A stretch of 52,392 nt of DNA from an uncultured Rikenellaceae bacterium. GTDB lineage: Bacteria; Bacteroidota; Bacteroidia; Bacteroidales; VadinHA17. Location: positions 1-52,392 of the forward strand of contig CAZKTX010000002.1 of NCBI GenBank assembly GCA_964555805.1, written 5' to 3'. Position 1 is the stretch's first letter, and each line of letters starts with the position of its first letter. Shown here in pieces: positions 31,589-41,300 of the stretch. The position numbers and the translations under genes are program-made. Below the pieces are notes generated by a model that worked only from the letters and a program-made list of their open reading frames with translations, was not told the origin of the DNA and made no database searches.

Positions 31589-33355
31589 ATGAAAATAAAA
31601 ATATCTTATACCAGCTGGATTGTTATTCTTTTCACATCTGTTCTTCTTTCCTGCAAAGGCGGCGGAAGTGAGGGCGACCTGATAATTCTGGAAACAACCG
31701 ACCTTCACGGTGTTGTGCTTCCGTACGATTACATGGAACAGCAGAAAACTGACGTATCGCTTGCTTCAATCGCTTCATATGTAAAAAAAGCACGAAGCGG
31801 TACTGCTCCGGTAATTTTGCTCGATGACGGCGATAACCTTCAGGGACAGCCATCGGTCTACTACTATAATTTCATCGATACGGTTTCTCCTCACATAAAT
31901 GCCGTGGCATTCAATTCTCTGGAATATGATGCTATAACTGTAGGAAACCATGATATTGAGGCAGGTCATGCTGTCTACGACAGGCTTGTCAGGGAATACA
32001 ATTTTCCCCTGCTGGCGGCCAACGCTGTAAGTAAATCAACAGGCAAGCCTTATTTCAAGCCTTTTACAATAATAGAAAAGAAAGGGATCAGGGTTGCAGT
32101 ATTTGGAATGGTGACTCCTTCAATTCCTCAATGGCTGCCGCCGGAACTCTATTCGGGAATTGAATTCATGGATATGCTCGGGACCGCGAAAAAATATATG
32201 CCGCAGATAAAGAAGGAAAAACCCGATCTGATTGTGGGACTTTTTCATTCGGGTTGGGATGGAAAGGAAGATGAGGGAAATAACGGAAGTCATTATGACA
32301 AAAATGGAGTCGCAGCCATAGCTTACAATGTACCCGGGTTTGATGTTATTCTATGCGGGCATAACCACAATGTAATAAATACATCGATTATAAATTCCGA
32401 AGGCGACAGCGTTCTGATACTTGAGGGCGGGAGCAGGGCCCAGAAGATTGCACGGGTTGACATCCGCCTGGTCAGAAACAAGACCACAGGAAAGGTCCGG
32501 CCTGAACTCAAAGGCTCCATTGTGGATGTCAGGGATTACAGCCCCGACCCAGAGTATATAAGTAATTTCAAAGGTCACGATGCAGATGTAAAGGAATATG
32601 TAAGCAAAGTGATAGCCCATTCGGAAGCGAAAATGTCATCGAGGGATTCATATTTCGGCTCATCTCCGTTTGTGGACATGGTTCATTCAATTCAGCTTGA
32701 GATAACCGGAGCAGACATTTCCTTCACAGCTCCGCTATCATTCGACGTAAGCATTCCTGCAGGCCCGGTCACTGTGGGAGATATGTTCAAACTGTACAGG
32801 TTTGAGAACATGCTCTATACAATGTGGATGACTGGTTCGGAAATAAAAAAGTATCTTGAGTATTCTTATGCTGACTGGCTTAATACGATGAAAGGTCCGG
32901 GGGATAATCTGCTTAAATTCCAGAGGACAAAAAACGGAGTTATTCTTATCCGGAACGGTGAAGCCTGGCTTAAGAATCAGCCTTACAATTTTGACTCGGC
33001 TGCAGGTATCGATTATGTTGTGGATGCAAGTAAGCCGGAGGGAAAGAGAGTTACAATAAAGTCATTTTCGGATGGCACACCGTTTGATATGAACAAGCGA
33101 TATAATGTTGCCGTTAATTCATACAGGGGAAACGGGGGAGGAGGTCATTTTACTTCAGGAGCCGGGATTGATGCGGCAAAACTTCCGGAAAGGCTTGTGA
33201 GTTCGACTGATAAGGATCTGAGGTACTACATATTGGTTAATCTTGAAAACCGGAAAACAATCAGGCCGGTTGCTCTCAATAACTGGAAGATAGTCCCGGA
33301 AGCATGGGTAAAGAAAGCAAGGATAAGGGATTATGAGTTGTTGTTCGGAAAATAA
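31589..33355 (+). CDS. Bifunctional metallophosphatase / 5'-nucleotidase (UshA-like), lipoprotein
   Basis: 588 aa with a lipobox-like LLSC, metallophosphatase motifs TTDLHG, GDNLQG, GNHD and CGHNH, and a C-terminal 5'-nucleotidase domain. Confidence 0.8.
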   Translation: MKIKISYTSWIVILFTSVLLSCKGGGSEGDLIILETTDLHGVVLPYDYMEQQKTDVSLASIASYVKKARSGTAPVILLDDGDNLQGQPSVYYYNFIDTVSPHINAVAFNSLEYDAITVGNHDIEAGHAVYDRLVREYNFPLLAANAVSKSTGKPYFKPFTIIEKKGIRVAVFGMVTPSIPQWLPPELYSGIEFMDMLGTAKKYMPQIKKEKPDLIVGLFHSGWDGKEDEGNNGSHYDKNGVAAIAYNVPGFDVILCGHNHNVINTSIINSEGDSVLILEGGSRAQKIARVDIRLVRNKTTGKVRPELKGSIVDVRDYSPDPEYISNFKGHDADVKEYVSKVIAHSEAKMSSRDSYFGSSPFVDMVHSIQLEITGADISFTAPLSFDVSIPAGPVTVGDMFKLYRFENMLYTMWMTGSEIKKYLEYSYADWLNTMKGPGDNLLKFQRTKNGVILIRNGEAWLKNQPYNFDSAAGIDYVVDASKPEGKRVTIKSFSDGTPFDMNKRYNVAVNSYRGNGGGGHFTSGAGIDAAKLPERLVSSTDKDLRYYILVNLENRKTIRPVALNNWKIVPEAWVKKARIRDYELLFGK

Positions 33356-33380
33356 AGCACTAACTATCACGTTCTGAAAT

Positions 33381-34010
33381 ATGGGCAAAGTACAGGAGAA
33401 AAGTCCCCATGGGCTTGAGCTGCCACTGGTTGAAGAATTCTTTACAATTCAGGGCGAAGGATATCATTCAGGAGAGGCAGCATGGTTCATCAGGCTGGGT
33501 GGTTGTGATGTTGGCTGCAACTGGTGCGATTCTCGCTTTTCATGGGATCCGGACATGCACCCTCTGGTTCCGACTGAAAAGATTGTTGAACATGCACTGG
33601 GCTCAGGTTCCGGATCGGTGATTGTTACCGGCGGTGAACCTTTGATGTGGAATCTTGATCTTCTGTGCGATGGCCTTAAGAAAGGAGGCTTACGTACTTT
33701 TATTGAGACATCGGGGGCTTACAGCCTGAGTGGATTATGGGACTGGATATGTCTGTCACCAAAGCGAAACATGCCTCCGACTGAAGAAATCTGTCTCAAG
33801 GCAGATGAACTTAAAGTAATAATTGAAAGCAAAGATGATTTTGAGTGGGCTGAGAAATACAGGAACCTGGTCGGACCCCGGTGCAGACTCTACATCCAGC
33901 CTGAATGGAGCAGGTTCAGGACTGTCATTCCTGAAATCGTCAGCTATGTCAAGGAGAACCCCGACTGGAAAATATCCCTGCAGATACACAAATACATGCA
34001 TATTCCCTAG
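33381..34010 (+). CDS. queE: 7-carboxy-7-deazaguanine synthase (radical SAM)
   Basis: 209 aa. FTIQGEG...RLGGCDVGCNWCDS is the Cys cluster, and the size and layout match QueE. Confidence 0.85.
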   Translation: MGKVQEKSPHGLELPLVEEFFTIQGEGYHSGEAAWFIRLGGCDVGCNWCDSRFSWDPDMHPLVPTEKIVEHALGSGSGSVIVTGGEPLMWNLDLLCDGLKKGGLRTFIETSGAYSLSGLWDWICLSPKRNMPPTEEICLKADELKVIIESKDDFEWAEKYRNLVGPRCRLYIQPEWSRFRTVIPEIVSYVKENPDWKISLQIHKYMHIP

Positions 34011-34011
34011 T

Positions 34012-35955
34012 ATGAAGAAAGGGCTGGTCATAATTGCTGCGTTCATAATGATTTTCTTCATTCCCGGGAATCAGTGCTATTCGCAAAAGTACCACACAAC
34101 TTCGGTCAAAGCCCTTAAGTTCTACAAGTCCGGAATGACTGCCTTTGACTATATTGATTACATAAATGCCGAAAGCTATTTCAATCAGGCGATTGAAACT
34201 GATGAGAACTTTTTTGAGGCATATATGATGCTGGGGGAACTGCTCTCGAAGCAAAAGAGATACGGAGAGGCAGCCAGGAATTTCCAGAAAGCTGTCAGAC
34301 TCGATTCTACAGCCTACATGCCTGTCTTTTTCAACATGGCTACAGCCGAGATGATGTCGGGCGATTACGAAAAAGCGCTTGTTCATTACAAGGTTTATCT
34401 GGCTCAGGAAAAAATATCAGAAAAAAATAAAGCACTTGCAGTCAGAAACATCATAAACTGTGAGTTTGCCATAGAAGCAGTAAAAAATCCCGTTCCATTC
34501 AGCCCCGAAACTGTTGGTGATGGCATAAACACAAGTCATGATGAATACTGGCCTTCCATTACTGCTGACGGACAGACTCTCATGTTTACCCGTCAGACAA
34601 AACCGGGTGAAAATGTGCTCAGAAGAGGTATCTCACAGGAGGATTTCTATGTCAGCATCATGCAGGAATCAGTCTGGAAAGATGCCGTTAATGCAGGCAG
34701 TCCCCTGAACACAAGTCAGAATGAGGGCGCCCAGAGTCTTTCTTCCGACGGCAATTACATGTATTTCACAGCATGTGACCGTTCCGGCGGATTAGGAAGC
34801 TGTGATATATTCTTTTCGGCTTTCAGCAATAATCGCTGGTCGATTCCTGTCAATCTTGGGAGTCCTGTCAATACATCCTTCTGGGAAAGCCAGCCCGCGA
34901 TCAATGCTGACGGCCGGATGTTGTTCTTCTCGAGCAACAGACCCGGTGGGAAAGGAGGGAAGGATCTCTATTTTTCGGTCTGGAAATCGAACGGCAAATG
35001 GAGCTTTCCCCGTAATATGGGTGATAAGGTGAACACTCCGGGTGACGAGATGTCGCCGTTTATACATTTTGACGGAAGGACTCTTTATTTTGCTTCTGAC
35101 GGTCGTCCCGGGATGGGCGGCTCAGATATTTATTTCACAAGGATGCTTGAAGATACAACCTGGACCGAACCTGTGAACCTGGGTTTTCCCATTAATACCT
35201 ACAATGATGAGATGGGTCTTACAATAGAATCAGGAGGGGAGAAGGCGTATTTTTCGTCCAGAAGAGACGACAAGGGAGGAAAGGATATTTTTTCTTTCAG
35301 GCTCCACGAGGCTGTGCAGCCCGATCCTGTTGCATATATAAAGGGAAAAGTTACCGACAGGTTAACAGGTCAGATGCTTGTTGCAGAATATGAGCTTGTA
35401 AATCTGACAACCGGAAAATCAGTCTTCAATAACCAGACAGATTCCAAAGGCAATTTCCTGGTGTGTCTGCCATCCGGAAACAATTACGGCCTCAATATAA
35501 GCAAAGATGGTTATCTATTCTACTCAGAGAATTTTATGCTGGAGGGAACGCATTCTGTACTGCAGCCCTTCATTAAGAATATATTGCTCAGCCCTTTCAG
35601 GGTAGGGGAAAAGATGCTTCTTTCCAATGTGTTCTTTGAAGTTGATTCATGGCAGCTTAAAAAGGAATCTGTTGCCGAACTTAACATGCTGTCGGATTTA
35701 TTGAAAAACAACAAGGAACTCAGGGTTGAAATAGGGGGATATACTGATGCCACAGGGTCGGAAGAGCATAATCTTGACCTTTCTGAAAAGAGAGCGCTTG
35801 CAGTAGTTGATTTTCTTGTGAACAGCGGCATCCCTAAGGAGAGGCTTACTTACCGGGGATACGGCAATGCCTCGCCAGTTGGAGATAATGTCACATTCGA
35901 AGGACGAAAGCTTAACAGGCGAACTGAGGTTCAGATAACAGAGTATCAAAAATAG
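34012..35955 (+). CDS. TPR / PD40 (TolB-like beta-propeller) / CarboxypepD_reg / OmpA-domain envelope protein
   Basis: The true start is MKKGLVIIAAFIMIFF at 34012, since the track start at 33823 overlaps queE. Repeated PD40 motifs occur (E..P.I..DG..L.F.S.R.GG.GG.D). The C-terminal OmpA peptidoglycan-binding motif is GYTD..G....N..LS..RA. Confidence 0.85.
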   Translation: MKKGLVIIAAFIMIFFIPGNQCYSQKYHTTSVKALKFYKSGMTAFDYIDYINAESYFNQAIETDENFFEAYMMLGELLSKQKRYGEAARNFQKAVRLDSTAYMPVFFNMATAEMMSGDYEKALVHYKVYLAQEKISEKNKALAVRNIINCEFAIEAVKNPVPFSPETVGDGINTSHDEYWPSITADGQTLMFTRQTKPGENVLRRGISQEDFYVSIMQESVWKDAVNAGSPLNTSQNEGAQSLSSDGNYMYFTACDRSGGLGSCDIFFSAFSNNRWSIPVNLGSPVNTSFWESQPAINADGRMLFFSSNRPGGKGGKDLYFSVWKSNGKWSFPRNMGDKVNTPGDEMSPFIHFDGRTLYFASDGRPGMGGSDIYFTRMLEDTTWTEPVNLGFPINTYNDEMGLTIESGGEKAYFSSRRDDKGGKDIFSFRLHEAVQPDPVAYIKGKVTDRLTGQMLVAEYELVNLTTGKSVFNNQTDSKGNFLVCLPSGNNYGLNISKDGYLFYSENFMLEGTHSVLQPFIKNILLSPFRVGEKMLLSNVFFEVDSWQLKKESVAELNMLSDLLKNNKELRVEIGGYTDATGSEEHNLDLSEKRALAVVDFLVNSGIPKERLTYRGYGNASPVGDNVTFEGRKLNRRTEVQITEYQK

Positions 35956-35982
35956 AACAGCTGCCTGGTAAGACAGCTGTTC
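35955..35982. terminator. Hairpin terminator between the convergent ompA-like and kinase-like genes
   Basis: A perfect 9-bp stem pairs GAACAGCTG (35955-35963) with CAGCTGTTC (35974-35982) around a 10-nt loop. Confidence 0.55.
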
Positions 35983-36032
35983 CGGACTCATGCATCAGCA
36001 TGCAGACATCGACATCAACTTTTCTTCAATTA

Positions 36033-36869
36033 TCAGATAGGACTCATAGTATTGGAAAATTCGTTAATTGAGTTATCGTGGTTTTCAACTGACGCGACCG
36101 GGATGGCAAAGTAGATGGAAGAACCTGTCCTTCCGTTGTTTTCGATCCAGATCGATCCGTCCATCATCCGTATCAGTTTTCGCACAAGGGCCAGGCTAAC
36201 GGCTGTATGTATGTCGTCGTACCTGGCAAGGGATTCTTTTAAATCAATGCTCTGTAGGAATTCCCTGCATTTAAGGTAACCCTGCCCCGAATCAGTAATG
36301 CAGAACCTGATTTTGCCTTCTGTAATGCTATAACTGACTTTAATATAACCTGATTCCGTGTTGCTCAGAGCTATCTGGAATAAATTGCGAATTACTCTTG
36401 TAACCCTGTTCGCATCAAATAGGCAGTCAGGGCTATTGCAGACCACATTTTCTGAAACAAGCAGAAGATGCTTGTACCTTTCCTTCTTTAGTATTTCCCT
36501 GAACTCTGAAAACAGATCCGCGAACATCTTACCAGTATGAACGACTCCAGGCTCCGAAATTGAATTGCCAGCATCAATTATGGCGGAATCCAGAAAATTG
36601 TCGAAAAGGGAAATAATCTGTTCGCACGAATTATATATATGATTGCCGAACTCCTCCCTCTCGGGTTCACAGTATTCCGATTTGTTCATCATGAAAGAGA
36701 AGGCAACTATTGCGTTCATCCGGGTCCTCATCTCCCGCGATAATTCTGTCAGTACCGCGGAGGAACCGGATACCGGTTCAATTAACTGGTCAACGCTTCC
36801 GGCCTGATCCCTTTTCCCCGGAACCTGGTCGCCGGAATCACCCTTTATATGTCCAAACAGGTCGAACAT
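36033..36869 (-). CDS. Soluble histidine-kinase-like protein (HisKA-like + HATPase_c) with a substituted phospho-acceptor site; probable pseudokinase
   Basis: 278 aa with no TM or sensor domain. The H-box position reads LSREMRTRMNAI where the canonical sequence is SHE(L/I)RTP(L/M)NAI, so His is replaced by Arg. The N-box (IRNLFQIALSNT) and G1 (ITDSGQG) are recognisable. The G2 glycines are missing (TAVSLALV). Confidence 0.7.
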   Translation of the reverse strand: MFDLFGHIKGDSGDQVPGKRDQAGSVDQLIEPVSGSSAVLTELSREMRTRMNAIVAFSFMMNKSEYCEPEREEFGNHIYNSCEQIISLFDNFLDSAIIDAGNSISEPGVVHTGKMFADLFSEFREILKKERYKHLLLVSENVVCNSPDCLFDANRVTRVIRNLFQIALSNTESGYIKVSYSITEGKIRFCITDSGQGYLKCREFLQSIDLKESLARYDDIHTAVSLALVRKLIRMMDGSIWIENNGRTGSSIYFAIPVASVENHDNSINEFSNTMSPI

Positions 36870-36896
36870 TTTATCCAGTAAAGGTTAAATCAACAA

Positions 36897-37646
36897 TTAT
36901 TTCAGGTATCTGAGAATTTTCTTTGCTTGCTTTCTGTAGATTGTCTTTGAATCTTCGATTGCAGCAAGCTGATCCAAGGCCTTTGCTTTTTCACCCGTCT
37001 TTATGTAGCACAGGGCCAGATACCATTGCGCATGATCAATATAGAAGTTGTTATTATCTTGTATTACTTTTGAAAAGGAGCCGCTTGCTTCAGGATAATT
37101 CTGGTTTTCGAAGTTCGAAATGCCGTTAAGCAGTTCGGTATGCATATCGCCCGGATTGTCTTCAAGTACCCTGGAGAAGTATATAGCTGCATTCCTGTAA
37201 TCCCTGACGTTGTAGTATTCCACTGCAAGACGGAAATTATCTGAATTTGAAGCCATGTTTGCAGAACGGGATACTGTAGCAACTTCATAGGGCTTGTAGT
37301 ATCGGCTTATAATCTCGTCGCTGTCAGGCCTGCCTCTTGAAAGCAATGCTATGCTTCCAATTATTACAAGGCTGGTTATTATTGCTGCGTACCTGATATT
37401 GACAGGCTTTTTGGGTTTTACTTCAGGCACTGGTTCCTGGCGCCGTTTCTCAATAGCGTTCAGTTTGTTGCGAAGATTCATAATATCCCGGTCCTTCAGA
37501 ATCATATCGGTCCGGTTACGCAGTTCAACCTCACGGCGAAGCTTCTCATTGCCTTCCAGTTCTTTCCTGAACCATTCCTTTTCAGCTTCATCCATTTCAC
37601 CGGCATTATACCGCTCGATAAAGTATGAAAAATCAATTGTTTTCAT
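36897..37646 (-). CDS. Single-pass membrane protein with anti-sigma-like N-terminus and periplasmic TPR domain
   Basis: 249 aa. The N-terminal FIERYNAGEMDEAEKEWFRKELEGNEKLRREVE resembles anti-sigma N-domains but lacks the Zn ligands. A TM helix follows (IRYAAIITSLVIIGSIALL), and the C-terminus carries TPR-like repeats (AVEYYNVRDYRNAAIYFSRVLE..., AQWYLALCYIKTGEKAKA). Confidence 0.6.
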   Translation of the reverse strand: MKTIDFSYFIERYNAGEMDEAEKEWFRKELEGNEKLRREVELRNRTDMILKDRDIMNLRNKLNAIEKRRQEPVPEVKPKKPVNIRYAAIITSLVIIGSIALLSRGRPDSDEIISRYYKPYEVATVSRSANMASNSDNFRLAVEYYNVRDYRNAAIYFSRVLEDNPGDMHTELLNGISNFENQNYPEASGSFSKVIQDNNNFYIDHAQWYLALCYIKTGEKAKALDQLAAIEDSKTIYRKQAKKILRYLK

Positions 37647-37953
37647 CTTGATATAATTTTGGTTTTAAGTTATTATGGAACAACACATGCTCAAAAACTA
37701 TATACATATGTGCAAGTACCTGATACATGTGGGTTTCATATCAATATTAAATTTGCAAATACATTCAATCATCATCAATTCGGACCGATACCACGTGCGG
37801 ACCTGCTGCACGAGCCATAGCATTCCGAATGCAATTCTACAGCCGGGAATAATATTCCGGAAGCCCGGCTGAAATGTCAGTCGCCAAAAAGAAAACTGGT
37901 GCCGTTTTAAAACACTGTTTTCGCTAAAGCAGTATCCGGCAGCTATTTTTTTA

Positions 37954-38088
37954 TCAGATCTTGACAGGAGGTAATGAAGGTTTCAGGATGGGGTCGGCAT
38001 CACCACCTTTTACACAAATCATTTCTTCAACTGTCAGAGCATACACATCAAGATTCGCATCAGAGTTTTTTACGTTCAGGGTTTTCAT
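37954..38088 (-). CDS. 44-aa precursor peptide with a double-glycine (bacteriocin-type) leader, GG-Bacteroidales natural-product-precursor-like
   Basis: My own translation of the minus strand gives MKTLNVKNSDANLDVYALTVEEMICVKGG|DADPILKPSLPPVKI*. The leader fits the L(S/T)xxEMxx(V/I)KGG pattern cleaved by C39 peptidase domains. A C39-ABC exporter is encoded 4 kb away. The leader upstream of the ATG is A-rich. The ORF is too short for the supplied track. Confidence 0.7.
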   Translation of the reverse strand: MKTLNVKNSDANLDVYALTVEEMICVKGGDADPILKPSLPPVKI

Positions 38089-38332
38089 AGTGCTGATTTT
38101 TTCATTAAATATTATTTCGGATAATTTGCATTTTCAAGCCAAATTCTATGTAACATGTCGGTATACCCCGTTTTGTGACACTGAAAAATGAACTATTTTT
38201 AAAATATTTTTTATATTCAAGATAATCAACTACATACAAAAAGGGAAAAAATGACAATCAGACCGTCATTATAACATTTTTTGTAAACTTGCGTTTTGGC
38301 ACGGGGAAGCGACTAATTAATCATCGACCTTG

Positions 38333-41300
38333 ATGTTTTCAGGCATCTTCATAAAGTCCTTATTGCTGTTCTTCATTTCTGCTGCCAGTTTTTGCCAGGA
38401 AAATGCAATCTCAGATTCCGGTAATGAACTGGCTGGACTGAATGAAGCCTTTCATGCAACAATTGCTGCCGGTGACACTGCCGGGTCGAGGGATCTGCTC
38501 TATTCAATTCTGAAGATTCTCAGGGAGGAACGGTTTGACAATATTACAGTTTCCAATTCTCAGTATTATATAGGGGTATATTATCTTCTTAACGGCAGGA
38601 ACAAGGAAGCTGTAAGCTGGCTGGGATCGTCCGTCTCGTTACGTGAGAAGATGAAGACTGTCGACGACGTGTATGCAAAAAGTCTGTTTAATCTGGCTCT
38701 GGCACACTCCAGGCGCGGAGATTTCAGGAAGATGGAAGAAAGCATCCTTCAATCTATTGATGCTGAGAAGACCCTGCATGGAGAAAATAGTCCCGAACTC
38801 CTGGATGGATATTCTGCATTGACGGGGGCCTGCATCAGCCTTAAGGATTACAGCCGAGCCATAGAATTCGGCAACATGGCGCTTGATCTGATCGGGGTGA
38901 ACAAGACTGAGCATATTAAGGAAATGGCGATCCTTAATGTGAATATCGGGATCAGCCATGCCTTTCTGTCCGACTATGCAAAGGCTGTAATGTTTCTTGA
39001 GAGGGCAGAATCGTTGTATCGGTCCAATCCCATTCCAAAGGATGAAAATTATATTAACCTGCTTAACAGTCTTGCGTCAAATTACCACTTCCTCGGACAG
39101 TCTGAAAAATCCGAAAGGTATTTCAACAAAGGCATCAGCATGATAAACTATGCGAATTCAGATCTGTCGCTTAATTTTCTGAACAGCTTTGCAATAAATA
39201 TGGGAAACGCAGGAGAAGCGTACAGGGGGGAGAAACTCCTGGCCGTCTCACTTGCAAAAGCCGGTAAGGTCTTCGGTCAAAGCTCAAGGGAGTACTGCGA
39301 GGTACTTAAGAACTACGCCGAATATCTCAGAAATTTCAAACTGGATATTGGCAGATCCATTGTATTATTCGAACAGTGCCTTGAATTAATTAAGGTCAAC
39401 AGTGAGGATTCTGCTTTGAAAGAATCGGTTCTGCTGGGGTATGCCCTTGCTCTTTCAGAAAAAGGGGAGAATGAAAAAGCTCTTGGAATCATTTCAGACT
39501 TACTTTTTTCAGGCAAAGATGGGACAGACTCAGGTTCAGGTCTTAAAAGCCCCGGACCGGGCCTGCTTGTGCCAGACCAATGGTCGTTAAAGCTGCTTCA
39601 GGCAAGATACAGAATACTCCATGGGATCTATGGAGAGAAGGCAGATATGAGCTACCTTCTGGCGGCAGCAGAAACGTCCGAACTGATTGTTTCCCTTATT
39701 GAGAAGGTGAGAATTAGTATAAGCGAGGAAGAAAGCAGGCTTGTTCTCGGAGACAGGTTCAGGGATTCCTATCTGCATGCTATCCGCGATCTTGACCTGT
39801 GCTACAGTAAAACCGGCGACATCAGTTATCTGAAAAAGGCTTTTGAGTATTCCGAGAAGTCAAAGGTTGCGGGCCTGCTGACTTCAACGAGGGAACTCAG
39901 GGCCACAGAGTTTCATATCCCCGAAGAAACAGCAGAACTTGAGCGCGGGCTGAAAATGGAAATAGGCTACTATGAAGCCAGAATAAGTGAAGAAGAAACA
40001 AAGAAGGAAAGTGATGACTCCCTTATAGAGGAATGGAAGGAACTTCTCCTGTCCGCAACTCAGAAAAGAGACTCTCTGATAGCTGTTTTCGAACAGATGT
40101 ATCCCGGTTATTATCTTATCAAATACAATACTGAGGTTATTTCGCCGGAACAAATTCCTTCTATTTCCGGCCGGAACACAAACTACCTTAACTATATAGT
40201 GTCCGACAGCCTTCTCCATATTTTTGTTGCAAACAGGAAGTATCTCCGGCTTGTTACTATAAACATCGATTCTTCCTTTTTCAACAATATCAGAGAGTTC
40301 CGGGCTCTTCTGTCGGAGCCTGACAATAATGCCAGGTCAGGGTTTGACAGATATCTTTCAACGGGCTACAGTCTCTACGCGACAGTCCTGGAGCCAGTGA
40401 AACAGTATCTGATTTCTAACAGGCTGCTGATCTCCCCCGATAACATTCTTTCGTATATACCATTCGAAGCTCTGCCAGTAAGCACTGAAGCCGGCAGCAA
40501 TGCAATGTTCAGCGAAATTCAGTATCTTCTGAAAGATTACAGCGTTTCATATACATATTCGGCAACTATGCTTGCTGAATCCGTCGGCAACGATCAGAGC
40601 TTCTCAAACTCTGCTGTTGCATTTGCTCCGAGCTATAATGGCAGGATTGATGTTGACTCACTTATGAAAGCCAGGCAATCAGGTGTTTCATCACTTTACG
40701 ACCTTAAATTTGCACGGGCTGAGGCTGAGTATGTTGCAGAACTGACCGGAGGCAGGCTTTATCTCGACAATAACGCAAGAGAATCGGTTTTTAAAACCGT
40801 GGCAGCGGAATATGATATAATACATCTTGCAATGCATACACTGCTAAACGACAAGGACCCGATGCATTCAAAGATGATTTTTTCGCAGGGTAACGATTCT
40901 CCGGAGGACGGCAACCTTAATACCTGGGAGGTTTATGGTATTCCGCTTAAGGCGAAAATGGTTATTCTAAGTTCCTGCAACACCGGAAGTGGTTCTTTGC
41001 ATTCAGGCGAGGGCATCCTGAGCCTTGCCAGGGGCTTCGTTTACTCCGGATCAAGGTCAGTTGTTATGTCAATGTGGGAAATAGAAGACAGATCGGGTGC
41101 CGAAATAGTAAATAAATACTACAGGAACATCAGGCATGGCGTATCAAAGAGCAATGCATTGCGAAAGGCAAGGATTGACTATCTGAGAAATTCCGACATG
41201 TTGAGATCTCACCCTTATTTCTGGTCATCGCTGGTTATTTATGGCAACAATACTCCGATTTATTATTCCTTATGGCTGAAGATTTCTGCAGGACTTCTTA

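Noticed and set aside
33823-34011. N-terminal 63-aa extension of the OmpA-domain protein as listed in the track
   Set aside because: The extension overlaps the 3' end of queE in another frame. It also precedes an obvious signal-peptide start (MKKGLVIIAAFIMIFF) at 34012, one nucleotide after the queE stop.
37675-37872. 65-aa plus-strand ORF in the gap between the anti-sigma-like and peptide genes
   Set aside because: It is low-complexity and His/Ile/Cys-rich, and it runs opposite to both flanking genes. It ends inside the GC-rich hairpin, so this is most likely non-coding 3'-UTR or intergenic sequence.
37961-38191. 76-aa plus-strand ORF listed in the track
   Set aside because: It is antisense to the GG-leader peptide ORF and extends into the AT-rich divergent promoter region. 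Its sequence has no recognisable features, and the minus-strand peptide explains the region better.
38089-38332. Attempt to identify ECF-type (-35 GAAC / -10 CGT) or TAnnTTTG promoters in the divergent peptide / CHAT intergenic region
   Set aside because: Only off-spacing near-matches were found: TAGAATTTG on the minus strand, and GTAAAC...GCGAC with a spacer of about 20 nt on the plus strand. This is not good enough to call a promoter without transcript 5'-end data.
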